Of a DNA stretch of 64,000 bases, positions 43,901-58,890 are shown piece after piece. Positions within the stretch are counted from its first letter, which is position 1. Every line of letters begins with the position of its first letter. The DNA comes from Eledone cirrhosa. Its lineage: Eukaryota. The position numbers and the translations under genes were made by a program. A model generated the notes under the pieces. The model was not told the origin of the DNA and searched no databases. It worked only from the letters and a program-made list of their open reading frames with translations. The stretch spans positions 15,066,001 through 15,130,000 of the forward strand of contig OZ024740.1 in assembly GCA_964016885.1 (NCBI GenBank). Direction: 5' to 3'.

Positions 43901-45970
43901 AACACCTTCATGGTTATATTTCCCACTAAACAGAGGTGTGAAATATAGGATGTTTTAAACCCCTTCATGGTTATATTTCCCACTAAACATAGGTGTACAA
44001 TATAGGATGTTTTAAACACCTTCATGATTATATTTCCCACTAAACAGAGGTGTGAAATATAGGATGTTGTAAACACCTTCATGGTTATATTTCCCAATAC
44101 ACAGAGGTGTGAAATATAGGGTGTTGTAAACACCTTCATGATTATATTTCCCACTAAACAGAGGTGTGAAATATAGAATGTTTTAAATACATTCATGGTT
44201 ATATTTCCCAATAAACAGAGGTGTGAAATATAGGATGTTTTAAACACCTTCATGGTTATATTTCACACTAAACAGAGGTGTGGAATATAGGATGTTTTAA
44301 ACACCTTCATGGTTATATTTCCCACTAAACAGTGGTGTGAAATATAGGATGTTTTAAAAACCTTCATGGTTATATTTCCCACTACACAGAGGTGTGAAAT
44401 ATAGGGTGTTGTAAACACCTTCATGATTATATTTCCCACTAAAAAGAGGTGTGAAATATAGGATGTTTTAAACACATTCATGGCTATATTTCCCACTAAA
44501 CAGAGGTGAGGAATATAGGATGTTTTAAACCCCTTCATGGTCATATTTCACACTAAACAGAGGTGTGGAATATAGGATGCTTTAAACACCTTCATGGTTA
44601 TATTTCCCACTAAACAGAGGTGTGAAATATAGGATGCTTTAAACACCTTCATGGTATATTTCCCACTAAACAGAGGTGTGAAATATAGGATGTTTTAAAC
44701 ACCTTCATTGTTATATTTCCCACTAAACAGAGGTGTGAAATATAGGATGTTTTAAACACCTTCATGGTTATATTTCCCACTAAACAGAGGTGTGAAATAT
44801 AGGATGTTTTAAAAACCTTCATGCTTATATTTCCCACTAAACAGAGGTGTGAAATATAGGATGTTTTAAACACCTTCATGGTTATATTTCCCACTAAACA
44901 GAGGTGTGAAATATAGGATGTTTTAAACCCATTCATGGTTATATTTCCCACTAAACAGAGGTGTGCAATATAGGATGTTTTAAACACCTTCATGATTATA
45001 TTTCCCACTAAACAGAGGTGTGAAATATAGGATGTTTTAAACACCTTCATGGTTATATTTCCCACTACACAGAGGTGTGAAATATAAGGTGTTGTAAACA
45101 GCTTCATGATTATATTTCACACTAAACAGAGGTGTGAAATATAGGATGTTTTAAACACCTTCATGGTTATATTTCCCAATAAACAGAGGTGTGAAATATA
45201 GGATGTTTCAAACACCTTCAAGGTTATATTTCCCACTAAACAGAGGTGTGAAATATAGGATGTTTTAAACACCTTCATGGTTATATTTCCCACTAAACAG
45301 AGGTGTGAAATATAGGATGTTTTAAACACCTTCATGGTTATATTTCCCACTAAAGAGAGGTGTGAAATATAGGATGTTTTAAACACCTTCATGTTTATGT
45401 TTCCCACTAAACAGAGGTGTGAAATATAGGATGTTTTAAACACCTTCATGGTTATATTTCCCACTAAACAGAGGTGTGAAATATAGGATGTTTTAAACCC
45501 ATTCATGGTTATATTTCCCACTAAACAGAGGTGTGCAATATAGGATGTTTTAAACACCTTCATGATTATATTTCCCACTAAACAGAGGTGTGAAATATAG
45601 GATGTTGTAAACACCTTCATGGTTATATTTCCCACTACACAGAGGTGTGAAATATAGGGTGTTGTAAACACCTTCATGATAATATTTCCCACTAAACAGA
45701 GGTGTGAAATATAGAATGTTTTAAATACATTCATCGTTATATTTCCCAATAAACAGAGGTGTGAAATATAGGATGTTTTAAACACCTTCATGGTTATATT
45801 TCCCACTAAACAGAGGTATGAAATAAAGGATGTTTTAAACACCTTCATGGCTATATTTCCCACTAAACAGAGGTGAGGAATATAGGATGTTTTAAACCCC
45901 TTCATGGTTATATTTCACACTAAACAGAGGTGTGGAATATGGGATGCTTTAAACACCTTCATGGTTATAT
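40965..45970. repeat. Tandem higher-order duplication, 2506-bp unit (44 monomers minus 2 bp), 2 copies
   Basis: ORF pairs 41250/43756, 41757/44263, 42143/44649, 42611/45117 and 43409/45915 are offset by 2506. Private markers TTCCATCTAAAC and AAACATAGGTGTACAA occur once per copy. Confidence 0.92.
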
Positions 45971-48900
45971 TTCCCACTAAACAGAGGTGTGAAATATAGG
46001 ATGCTTTAAACACATTCATGGTTATATTTCCAACTAAACAGAGGTGTGAAATATAGGATGTTTTAAACACCTTCATGGTTATATTTCCCACTAAACAGAG
46101 GTGTGAAATATAGGATGTTTTAAACACCTTCATTGTTATATTTCCCACTAAACAGAGGTGTGAAATATAGGATGTTTTAAACACCTTCATGGTTATATTT
46201 CCCACTAAACAGAGGTGTGCAATATAGGATGTTTTAAACACCTTCATGGTTATATTTCCCACTAAACAGAGGTGTGAAATATAGGATGTTTTAACACCTT
46301 CATGGTTATATTTCCCACTAAACAGAGGTGTGAAATATAGGATGTTTTAAACACCTTCATGGTTATATTTCCCACTAAACAGAGGTGTGAAATATAGGAT
46401 GTTTTAAAAACCTTCATGGTTATATTTCCCACTAAACAGAGGTGTGAAATATAGGATGTTTTAAACACCTTCATGGTTATATTTCCCACTAAACAGAGGT
46501 GTGAAATATAGGATGTTTTAAACCCCTTCATGGTTATATTTCCCAATAAACAGAGGTGTGCAATATAGGATGTTTTAAACACCTTCATGATTATATTTCC
46601 CACTAAACAGAGGTGTGAAATATAGGATGGTGTAAACACCTTCATGGTTATATTTTCCACTACACAGAGGTGTGAAATATAGGGTGATGTAAACACCTTC
46701 ATGCTTATATTTCCTATTAAACAGAGGTGTGAAATATAGAATGTTTTAAATACCTTCATGGTTATATTTCCCAATAAACAGAGGTGTGAAATATAGGATG
46801 TTTCAAACACCTTGATGGTTATATTTCCCACTAAACAGAGGTGTGAAATATAGGATGTTTTAAACACCTTCATGGTTATATTTCCGACTAAACAGAGGTG
46901 TGCAATATAGGATGTTTTAAACACCTTCATTGTTATATTTCCCACTAAACAGAGGTGTGAAATATAGGATGTTTTAACACCTTCATGGTTATATTTCACA
47001 CTAAACAGAGGTGTGAAATATAGGATGTTTTAAACACCTTCATGGTTATATTCCCACTAAACAGAGGTGTGAAATATAGGATGTTTTAAAAACCTTCATG
47101 GTTATATTTCCCACTAAACAGAGGTGTGAAATATAGGATGTTTTAAACACCTTCATGGTTATATTTCCCACTAAACAGAGGTGTGAAATATAGGATGTTT
47201 TAAACCCCTTCATGGTTACATTTCCCACTAAACGGAGGTGTGAAATATAGAATGTTTTAAATACATTCATGGTTATATTTCCCAATAAACACAGGTGTGA
47301 AATATAGGATGTTTTAAACACCTTCATGGTTATATTTCCCACTACACAAAGGTGTGAAATATAGGGTGTTGTAAACACCTTCATGATTATATTTAGAACT
47401 AAACAGAGGTGTGAAATATAGGATGTTTTAAACACCTTCATGGTTATATTTCCCACTAAACAGAAGTGTGAAATATAGGATGTTTTAAACACCTTCATGG
47501 TTATATTTCCCACTAAACAGAGGTGTGCAATATAGGATGTTTTAAACACCTTCATGATTATATTTCCCACTAAACAGAGGTGTGAAATATAGGATGTTGT
47601 AAACACCTTCATAGATATATTTCCCACTACACAGAGGTGTGAAATATAGGGTGTTGTAAACACCTTCATGATTATATTTAACACTAAACGGAGGTGTGAA
47701 ATATAGAATGTTTTAAATACATTCATGGTTATATTTCCCAATAAACAGAGGTGTGAAATATAGGATGTTTTAAACACCTTCATGGTTATATTTCCCACTA
47801 AACAGAGGTGTGAAATATAGGATGTTTTAAACACCTTCATGGCTATATTTCCCACTAAACAGAGGTGAGGAATATAGGATGTTTTAAACCCCTTCATGGT
47901 TATATTTCACACTAAACAGAGGTGTGGAATATGGGATGCTTTAAACACCTTCATGGTTATATTTCCCACTAATCAGAGGTGTGAAATATAGGATGCTTTA
48001 AACACCTTCATGGTATATTTCCCACTAAACAGAGGTGTGAAATATAGGATATTTTAAACACCTTCATTGTTATATTTCCCACTAAACAGAGGTGTGTAAT
48101 ATAGGATGTTTTAAACACCTTCATGGTTATATTTCCCACTAAACAGAAGTGTGCAATATAGGATGTTTTAAACACCTTCATGGTTATATTTCCCACTAAA
48201 CAGAGGTGTGAAATATAGGATGTTTTAACACCTTCATGATTATATTTCCCACTAAACAGAGGTGTGAAATATAGGATGGTTTAAACACCTTCATGGTTAT
48301 ATTTCCCACTAAACAGAGGTGTGAAATATAGGATGTTTTAAAAACCTTCATGGTTATATTTCCCACTAAACAGAGGTGTGAAATATAGGTTGTTTTAAAC
48401 ACCTTCATGGTTATATTTCCCACTAAACAGAGGTGTGAAACATAGGATGTTTTAAACCCCTTCATGGTTATATTTCCCACTAAACAGAGGTGTGCAATAT
48501 AGGATGTTTTAAACACCTTCATGATTATATTTCCCACTAAACAGAGGTGTGAAATATAGGATGGTGTAAACACCTTCATGGTTATATTTCCCACTACACA
48601 GAGGTGTGAAATATAGGGTGATGTAAACACCTTCATGCTTATATTTCCCACTAAACAGAGGTGTGAAATATAGGATGTTTTAAACACCTTCATTGTTATA
48701 TTTCCTACTAAACAGAGGTGTGAAATATAGGATGTTTTAAACACCTTCATGGTTATATTTCCCACTAAACAGAGGTATGAAATATAGGATGTTTTAAACC
48801 CCTTCATGGCTATATTTCCCACTAAACAGAGGTGTGCAATATAGGATGTTTTAAACACCTTCATGGTTATATTTCCCACTAAACAGAGGTGTGAAATATA

Positions 48901-51900
48901 GGATGTTTTAAAAACCTTCATGGTTATATTTCCCACTAAACAGAGGTGTGAAATATAGGATGTTTCAAACACCTTCAAGGTTATATTTCCCACTAAACAG
49001 AGGTGTGAAATATAGGATGTTTTAAACACCTTCATGGTTATATTTCCCACTAAACAGAGGTGTGAAATATAGGATGTTTTAAACACCTTCATCGTTATAT
49101 TTCCCACTAAAGAGAGGTGTGAAATATAGGATGTTTTAAACACCTTCATGTTTATGTTTCCCACTAAACAGAGGTGTGAAATATAGGATGTTTTAAACAC
49201 CTTCATGGTTATATTTCCCACTAAACAGAGGTGTGAAATATAGGATGTTTTAAACCCATTCATGGTTATATTTCTCACTAAACAGAGGTGTGCAATATAG
49301 GATGTTTTAAACACCTTCATGATTATATTTCCCACTAAACAGAGGTGTGAAATATAGGATGTTGTAAACACCTTCATGGTTATATTTCCCACTACACAGA
49401 GGTTTGAAATATAGGGTGTTGTAAACACCTTCATGATTATATTTCCCACTAAACAGAGGTGTGAAATATAGGATGTTTTAAACACCTTCATGGTTATATT
49501 TCCCACTAAACAGAGGTGTGAAATAAAGGATGTTTTAAACACCTTCATGGCTATATTTCCCACTAAACAGAGGTGAGGAATATAGGATGTTTTAAACCCC
49601 TTCATGGTTATATTTCACACTAAACAGAGGTGTGGAATATGGGATGCTTTAAACACCTTCATGGTTATATTTCCCACTAAACAGAGGTGTGAAATATAGG
49701 ATGCTTTAAACACATTCATGGTTATATTTCCAACTAAACAGAGGTGTGAAATATAGGATGTTTTAAACACCTTCATGGTTATATTTCCCACTAAACAGAG
49801 GTGTGAAATATAGGATGTTTTAAACACCTTCATTGTTATATTTCCCACTAAACAGAGGTGTGAAATATAGGATGTTTTAAACACCTTCATGGTTATATTT
49901 CCCACTAAACAGAGGTGTGCAATATAGGATGTTTTAAACACCTTCATGGTTATATTTCCCACTAAACAGAGGTGTGAAATATAGGATGTTTTAACACCTT
50001 CATGGTTATATTTCCCACTAAACAGAGGTGTGAAATATAGGATGTTTTAAACACCTTCATGGTTATATTTCCCACTAAACAGAGGTGTGAAATATAGGAT
50101 GTTTTAAAAACCTTCATGGTTATATTTCCCACTAAACAGAGGTGTGAAATATAGGATGTTTTAAACACCTTCATGGTTATATTTCCCACTAAACAGAGGT
50201 GTGAAATATAGGATGTTTTAAACCCCTTCATGGTTATATTTCCCAATAAACAGAGGTGTGCAATATAGGATGTTTTAAACACCTTCATGATTATATTTCC
50301 CACTAAACAGAGGTGTGAAATATAGGATGGTGTAAACACCTTCATGGTTATATTTTCCACTACACAGAGGTGTGAAATATAGGGTGATGTAAACACCTTC
50401 ATGCTTATATTTCCCATTAAACCGAGGTGTGAAATATAGAATGTTTTAAATACCTTCATGGTTATATTTCCCAATAAACAGAGGTGTGAAATATAGGATG
50501 TTTCAAACACCTTCATGGTTATATTTCCCACTAAACAGAGGTGTGAAATATAGGATGTTTTAAAAACCTTCATGGTTATATTTCCGACTAAACAGAGGTG
50601 TGCAATATAGGATGTTTTAAACACCTTCATTGTTATATTTCCCACTAAACAGAGGTGTGAAATATAGGATGTTTTAACACCTTCATGGTTATATTTCACA
50701 CTAAACAGAGGTGTGAAATATAGGATGTTTTAAACACCTTCATGGTTATATTCCCACTAAACAGAGGTGTGAAATATAGGATGTTTTAAAAACCTTCATG
50801 GTTATATTTCCCACTAAACAGAGGTGTGAAATATAGGATGTTTTAAACACCTTCATGGTTATATTTCCCACTAAACAGAGGTGTGAAATATAGGATGTTT
50901 TAAACCCCTTCATGGTTACATTTCCCACTAAACGGAGGTGTGAAATATAGAATGTTTTAAATACATTCATGGTTATATTTCCCAATAAACACAGGTGTGA
51001 AATATAGGATGTTTTAAACACCTTCATGGTTATATTTCCCACTACACAAAGGTGTGAAATATAGGGTGTTGTAAACACCTTCATGATTATATTTAGAACT
51101 AAACAGAGGTGTGAAATATAGGATGTTTTAAACACCTTCATGGTTATATTTCCCACTAAACAGAAGTGTGAAATATAGGATGTTTTAAACACCTTCATGG
51201 TTATATTTCCCACTAAACAGAGGTGTGCAATATAGGATGTTTTAAACACCTTCATGATTATATTTCCCACTAAACAGAGGTGTGAAATATAGGATGTTGT
51301 AAACACCTTCATAGATATATTTCCCACTACACAGAGGTGTGAAATATAGGGTGTTGTAAACACCTTCATGATTATATTTCACACTAAACGGAGGTGTGAA
51401 ATATAGAATGTTTTAAATACATTCATGGTTATATTTCCCAATAAACAGAGGTGTGAAATTATGGATGTTTTAAACACCTTCATGGTTATATTTCCCACTA
51501 AACAGAGGTGTGAAATATAGGATGTTTTAAACACCTTCATGGCTATATTTCCCACTAAACAGAGGTGAGGAATATAGGATGTTTTAAACCCCTTCATGGT
51601 TATATTTCACACTAAACAGAGGTGTGGAATATGGGATGCTTTAAACACCTTCATGGTTATATTTCCCACTAATCAGAGGTGTGAAATATAGGATGCTTTA
51701 AACACCTTCATGGTATATTCCCACTAAACAGAGGTGTGAAATATAGGATATTTTAAACACCTTCATTGTTATATTTCCCACTAAACAGAGGTGTGAAATA
51801 TAGGATGTTTTAAACACCTTCATGGTTATATTTCCCACTAAACAGAAGTATGCAATATAGGATGTTTTAAACACCTTCATGGTTATATTTCCCACTAAAC

Positions 51901-54900
51901 AGAGGTGTGAAATATAGGATGTTTTAACACCTTCATGATTATATTTCCCACTAAACAGAGGTGTGAAATATAGGATGGTTTAAACACCTTCATGGTTATA
52001 TTTCCCACTAAACAGAGGTGTGAAATATAGGATGTTTTAAAAACCTTCATGGTTATATTTCCCACTAAACAGAGGTGTGAAATATAGGTTGTTTTAAACA
52101 CCTTCATGGTTATATTTCCCACTAAACAGAGGTGTGAAACATAGGATGTTTTAAACCCCTTCATGGTTATATTTCCCACTAAACAGAGGTGTGCAATATA
52201 GGATGTTTTAAACACCTTCATGATTATATTTCCCACTAAACAGAGGTGTGAAATATAGGATGGTGTAAACACCTTCATGGTTATATTTCCCACTACACAG
52301 AGGTGTGAAATATAGGATGTTTTAAACACCTTCATGGTTATATTTCCTACTAAACAGAGGTGTGAAATATAGGATGTTTTAAAAACCTTCATGGTTATAT
52401 TTCCCACTAAACAGAGGTATGAAATATAGGATGTTTTAAACCCCTTCATGGCTATATTTCCCACTAAACAGAGGTGTGCAATATAGGATGTTTTAAACAC
52501 CTTCATGGTTATATTTCCCACTAAACAGAGGTGTGAAATATAGGATGTTTTAAAAACCTTCATGGTTATATTTCCCACTAAACAGAGGTGTGAAATATAG
52601 GATGTTGTAAACACCTTCATGGTTATATTTCCCACTACACAGAGGTGTGAAATATAGGGTGTTGTAAACACCTTCATGTTTATATTCCCCACTAAACAGA
52701 GGTGTGAAATATAGTATGTTTTAAATACCTTCATGGTTATATTTCCCAATAAACAGAGGTGTGAAATATAGGATGTTTTAAACACGTTCATGGTTATATT
52801 TCCCACTAAACAGAGGTGTGAAATATAGGATGTTTTGAACACCTTCATGGTTATGTTTCCCACTAAAGAGAGGTGTGAAATATAGGATGTTTTAAACACC
52901 TTCATGGTTATATTTCCCACTAAACAGAGGTGTGAAATATAGGATGTTTTAAACCCCTTCATGGTTATATTTCCCACTAAACAGAGGTGTGCAATATAGG
53001 ATGTTTTAAACACCTTCATGATTATATTTCCCACTAAACAGAGGTGTGAAATATAGGATGCTTTAAAAACCTTCATGGTTATATTTCCCACTAAACAGAG
53101 GTGTGAAATATAGGATGTTTTAAACACCTTCATGGTTATATTTCCCACTAAACAGAGGTGTGAAATATAGGATGTTTTAAACCCCTTCATGGTTATATTT
53201 CCCACTAAACAGAGGTGTGCAATATAGGATGTTTTAAACACCTTCATGATTATATTTCCCACTAAACAGAGGTGTGAAATATAGGATGTTGTAAACACCT
53301 TCATGGTTATATTTCCCACTACACAGAGGTGTGAAATATAGGGTGTTGTAAACACCTTCATGATTATATTTCCCATTAAACAGAGGTGTGAAATATAGAA
53401 TGTTTTAAATACGTTCATGGTTATATTTCCCAATAAACAGAGGTGTGAAATATAGGATGTTTCAAACACCTTCATGGTTATATTTCCCACTAAACAGAGG
53501 TGTGAAATATAGGATGTTTTAAACACCTTCATGGTTATATTTCCCACTAAACAGAGGTGTGAAATATAGGATGTTTTAAACACCTTCATGGTTATATTTC
53601 CCACTAAACAGAGCTGTGAAATATAGGATGTTTTAAACAGCTTCATGATTATATTTCCCACTAAACAGAGGTGTGAAATATAGGATGTTTTAAACACCTT
53701 CATGGTTATATTTCCCACTAAACAGAGGTGTGAAATATAGGATGTTTTAAACCCCTTCATGGTTATATTTCCCAATATACAGAGGTGTGCAATATAGGAT
53801 GTTTTAAACACCTTCATGATTATATTTCCCACTAAACAGAGGTGTGAAATATAGGATGGTGTAAACACCTTCATGGTTATATTTTCCACTAAACAGAGGT
53901 GTGAAATATAGGATGTTTTAAACACCTTCATGGCTATATTTCCCACTAAACAGAGGTGAGGAATATAGGATGTTTTAAACCCCTTCATGGATATATTTCA
54001 CACTAAACAGAGGTGTGGAATATAGGATGTTTTAAACACCTTCATGGTTATATTTCCCACTAAACAGAGGTGTGAAATATAGGATGCTTTAAACATCTTC
54101 ATGGTTATATTTCCAACTAAACAGAGGTGTGAAATATAGGATGTTTTAACACCTTCATGGTTATATTTCCCACTAAACAGAGGTGTGAAATATAGGATGT
54201 TTTAAAAACCTTCATGGTTATATTTCCCACTAAACAGAGGTGTGAAATATAGGATGTTTTAAACACCTTCATGGTTATATTTCCCACTAAACAGAGGTGT
54301 GAAATATAGGATGTTTTAAACCCCTTCATGGTTATATTTCCCAATAAACAGAGGTGTGCAATATAGGATGTTTTAAACACCTTCATGATTATATTTCCCA
54401 CTAAACAGAGGTGTGAAATATAGGATGGTGTAAACACCTTCATAGTTATATTTTCCACTACACAGAGGTGTGAAATATAGGGTGATGTAAACACCTTCAT
54501 GCTTATATTTCCCATTAAACAGAGGTGTGAAATATAGAATGTTTTAAATACCTTCATGTTTATATTTCCCAATAAACAGAGGTGTGAAATATAGGATGTT
54601 TCAAACACCTTCATGGTTATATTTCCCACTAAACAGAGGTGTGAAATATAGGATGTTTTAAACACCTTCATGGTTATATTTCCGACTAAACAGAGGTGTG
54701 CAATATAGGATGTTTTAAACACCTTCATTGTTATATTTCCCACTAAACAGAGGTGTGAAATATAGGATGTTTTAACACCTTCATGGTTATATTTCACGCT
54801 AAACAGAGGTGTGAAATATAGGATGTTTTAAACACCTTCATGGTTATATTCCCACTAAACAGAGGTGTGAAATATAGGATGTTTTAAAAACCTTCATGGT

Positions 54901-57810
54901 TATATTTCCCACTAAACAGAGGTGTGAAATATAGGATGTTTTAAACACCTTCATGGTTATATTTCCCACTAAACATAGGTGTGAAATATAGGATCTTTTA
55001 AACCCCTTCATGGTTACATTTCCCACTAAACGGAGGTGTGAAATATAGAATGTTTTAAATACATTCATGGTTATATTTCCCAATAAACACAGGTGTGAAA
55101 TATAGGATGTTTTAAACACCTTCATGGTTATATTTCCCACTACACAAAGGTGTGAAATATAGGGTGTTGTAAACACCTTCATGATTATATTTAGAACTAA
55201 ACAGAGGTGTGAAATATAGGATGTTTTAAACACCTTCATGGTTATATTTCCCACTAAACAGAAGTGTGAAATATAGGATGTTTTAAACACCTTCATGGTT
55301 ATATTTCCCACTAAACAGAGGTGTGCAATATAGGATGTTTTAAACACCTTCATGATTATATTTCCCACTAAACAGAGGTGTGAAATATAGGATGTTGTAA
55401 ACACCTTCATAGATATATTTCCCACTACACAGAGGTGTGAAATATAGGGTGTTGTAAACACCTTCATGATTATATTTCACACTAAACGGAGGTGTGAAAT
55501 ATAGAATGTTTTAAATACATTCATGGTTATATTTCCCAATAAACAGAGGTGTGAAATATAGGATGTTTTAAACACCTTCATGGTTATATTTCCCACTAAA
55601 CAGAGGTGTGAAATATAGGATGTTTTAAACACCTTCATGGCTATATTTCCCACTAAACAGAGGTGAGGAATATAGGATGTTTTAAACCCCTTCATGGTTA
55701 TATTTCACACTAAACAGAGGTGTGGAATATGGGATGCTTTAAACACCTTCATGGTTATATTTCCCACTAATCAGAGGTGTGAAATATAGGATGCTTTAAA
55801 CACCTTCATGGTATATTTCCCACTAAACAGAGGTGTGAAATATAGGATATTTTAAACACCTTCATTGTTATATTTCCCACTAAACAGAGGTGTGAAATAT
55901 AGGATGTTTTAAACACCTTCATGGTTATATTTCCCACTAAACAGAAGTGTGCAATATAGGATGTTTTAAACACCTTCATGGTTATATTTCCCACTAAACA
56001 GAGGTGTGAAATATAGGATGTTTTAACACCTTCATGATTATATTTCCCACTAAACAGAGGTGTGAAATATAGGATGGTTTAAACACCTTCATGGTTATAT
56101 TTCCCACTAAACAGAGGTGTGAAATATAGGATGTTTTAAAAACCTTCATGGTTATATTTCCCACTAAACAGAGGTGTGAAATATAGGTTGTTTTAAACAC
56201 CTTCATGGTTATATTTCCCACTAAACAGAGGTGTGAAACATAGGATGTTTTAAACCCCTTCATGTTTATATTTCCCACTAAACAGAGGTGTGCAATATAG
56301 GATGTTTTAAACACCTTCATGATTATATTTCCCACTAAACAGAGGTGTGAAATATAGGATGGTGTAAACACCTTCATGGTTATATTTCCCACTACACAGA
56401 GGTGTGAAATATAGGGTGATGTAAACACCTTCATGCTTATATTTCCCACTAAACAGAGGTGTGAAATATAGGATGTTTTAAACACCTTCATGGTTATATT
56501 TCCTACTAAACAGAGGTGTGAAATATAGGATGTTTTAAACACCTTCATGGTTATATTTCCCACTAAACAGAGGTATGAAATATAGGATGTTTTAAACCCC
56601 TTCATGGCTATATTTCCCACTAAACAGAGGTGTGCAATATAGGATGTTTTAAACACCTTCATGGTTATATTTCCTACTAAACAGAGGTGTGAAATATAGG
56701 ATGTTTTAAACACCTTCATGGTTATATTTCCCACTAAACAGAGGTGTGAAATATAGGATGTTGTAAACACCTTCATGGTTATATTTCCCACTACACAGAG
56801 GTGTGAAATATAGGGTGTTGTAAACACCTTCATGTTTATATTCCCCACTAAACAGAGGTCTGAAATATAGAATGTTTTAAATACCTTCATGGTTATATTT
56901 CCCAATAAACAGAGGTGTGAAATATAGAATGTTTTAAATACCTTCATCGTTATATTTCCCAATAAACAGAGGTGTGAAATATAGGATGTTTTAAACACCT
57001 TCATGGTTATATTTCCCACTAAACAGAGGTGTGAAATATAGGATGTTTTAAAAACCTTCATGGTTATATTTCCCACTAAACAGAGGTGTGAAATATAGGA
57101 TGTTTTAAACACCTTCATGGTTATATTTCCCACTAAACAGAGGTGTGAAATATAGGATGTTTTAAACCCCTTCATGGTTATATTTCCCACTAAACAGAGG
57201 TGTGCAATATAGGATGTTTTAAACACCTTCATGATTATATTTCCCACTAAACAGAGGTGTGAAATATAGGATGTTGTAAACACCTTCATGGTTATATTTC
57301 CCACTACACAGAGGTGTGAAATATAGGGTGTTGTAAACACCTTCATGATTATATTTCCCATTAAACAGAGGTGTGAAATATAGAATGTTTTAAATACGTT
57401 CATGGTTATATTTCCCAATAAACAGAGGTGTGAAATATAGGATGTTTCAAACACCTTCATGGTTATATTTCCCACTAAACAGAGGTGTGAAATATAGGAT
57501 GTTTTAAACACCTTCATGGTTATATTTCCCACTAAACAGAGGTGTGAAATATAGGATGTTTTAAACACCTTCATGGTTATATTTCCCACTAAACAGAGCT
57601 GTGAAATATAGGATGTTTTAAACAGCTTCATGATTATATTTCCCACTAAACAGTGGTGTGAAATATAGGATGTTGTAAACACCTTCATGGTTATATTTCC
57701 CACTAAACAGAGGTGTGAAATATAGGATGTTTTAAACACCTTCATGGCTATATTTTCCACTAAACAGAGGTGAGGAATATAGGATGTTTTAAACCCCTTC
57801 ATGGTTATAT
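45780..57810. repeat. Three related higher-order units (offsets 3700 and 4098 bp) with a shared core and variable distal parts
   Basis: ORF pairs 45915/49615, 46262/49962 and 47046/50746 are offset by 3700; 50746/54844 and 51379/55477 by 4098. The TTTAGAACT marker (AGA) sits at 47395, 51095 and 55193. Confidence 0.88.
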
Positions 57811-58890
57811 TTCACACTAAACAGAGGTGTGGAATATGGGATGCTTTAAACACCTTCATGGTTATATTTCCCACTAAACAGAGGTGTGAAATATAGGATG
57901 CTTTAAACACCTTCATGTTTATATTTCCAACTAAACAGAGGTGTGAAATATAGGATGTTTTAAACACCTTCATGATTATATTTCCCACTAAACAGAGGTG
58001 TGAAATATAGGATGTTTTAAAAACCTTCATGGTTATATTTCCCACTAAACAGAGGTGTGAAATATAGGATGTTTTAAACCCCTTCATGGTTATATTTCAC
58101 ACTAAACAGAGGTGTGGAATATAGGATGCTTTAAACACCTTCATGGTTATATTTCCCACTAAACAGAGGTGTGAAATATAGGATGCTTTAAACACCTTCA
58201 TGGTATATTTCCCACTAAACAGAGGTGTGAAATATAGGATGTTTTAAACCCCTTCATGGTTATATTTCCCACTAAACAGAGGTGTGCAATATAGGATGTT
58301 TTAAACACCTTCATGATTATATTTCCCACTAAACAGAGGTGTGAAATATAGGATGTTGTAAACACCTTCATGGTTATATTTCCCACTACACAGAGGTGTG
58401 AAATATAGGGTGTTGTAAACACCTTCATGATTATATTTCCCATTAAACAGAGGTGTGAAATATAGAATGTTTTAAATACGTTCATGGTTATATTTCCCAA
58501 TAAACAGAGGTGTGAAATATAGGATGTTTCAAACACCTTCATGGTTATATTTCCCACTAAACAGAGGTGTGAAATATAGGATGTTTTAAACACCTTCATG
58601 GTTATATTTCCCACTAAACAGAGGTGTGAAATATAGGATGTTTTAAACACCTTCATGGTTATATTTCCCACTAAACAGAGCTGTGAAATATAGGATGTTT
58701 TAAACAGCTTCATGATTATATTTCCCACTAAACAGTGGTGTGAAATATAGGATGTTGTAAACACCTTCATGGTTATATTTCCCACTAAACAGAGGTGTGA
58801 AATATAGGATGTTTTAAACACCTTCATGGCTATATTTCCCACTAAACAGAGGTGAGGAATATAGGATGTTTTAAACCCCTTCATGGTTAT
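57150..58890. repeat. Short higher-order duplication, offset 1082 bp (19 monomers minus 1 bp)
   Basis: ORF starts at 57802 and 58884. The marker pair CAGAGCTGTG / CAGTGGTGTG occurs at ~57595/57651 and ~58677/58733. Confidence 0.8.
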
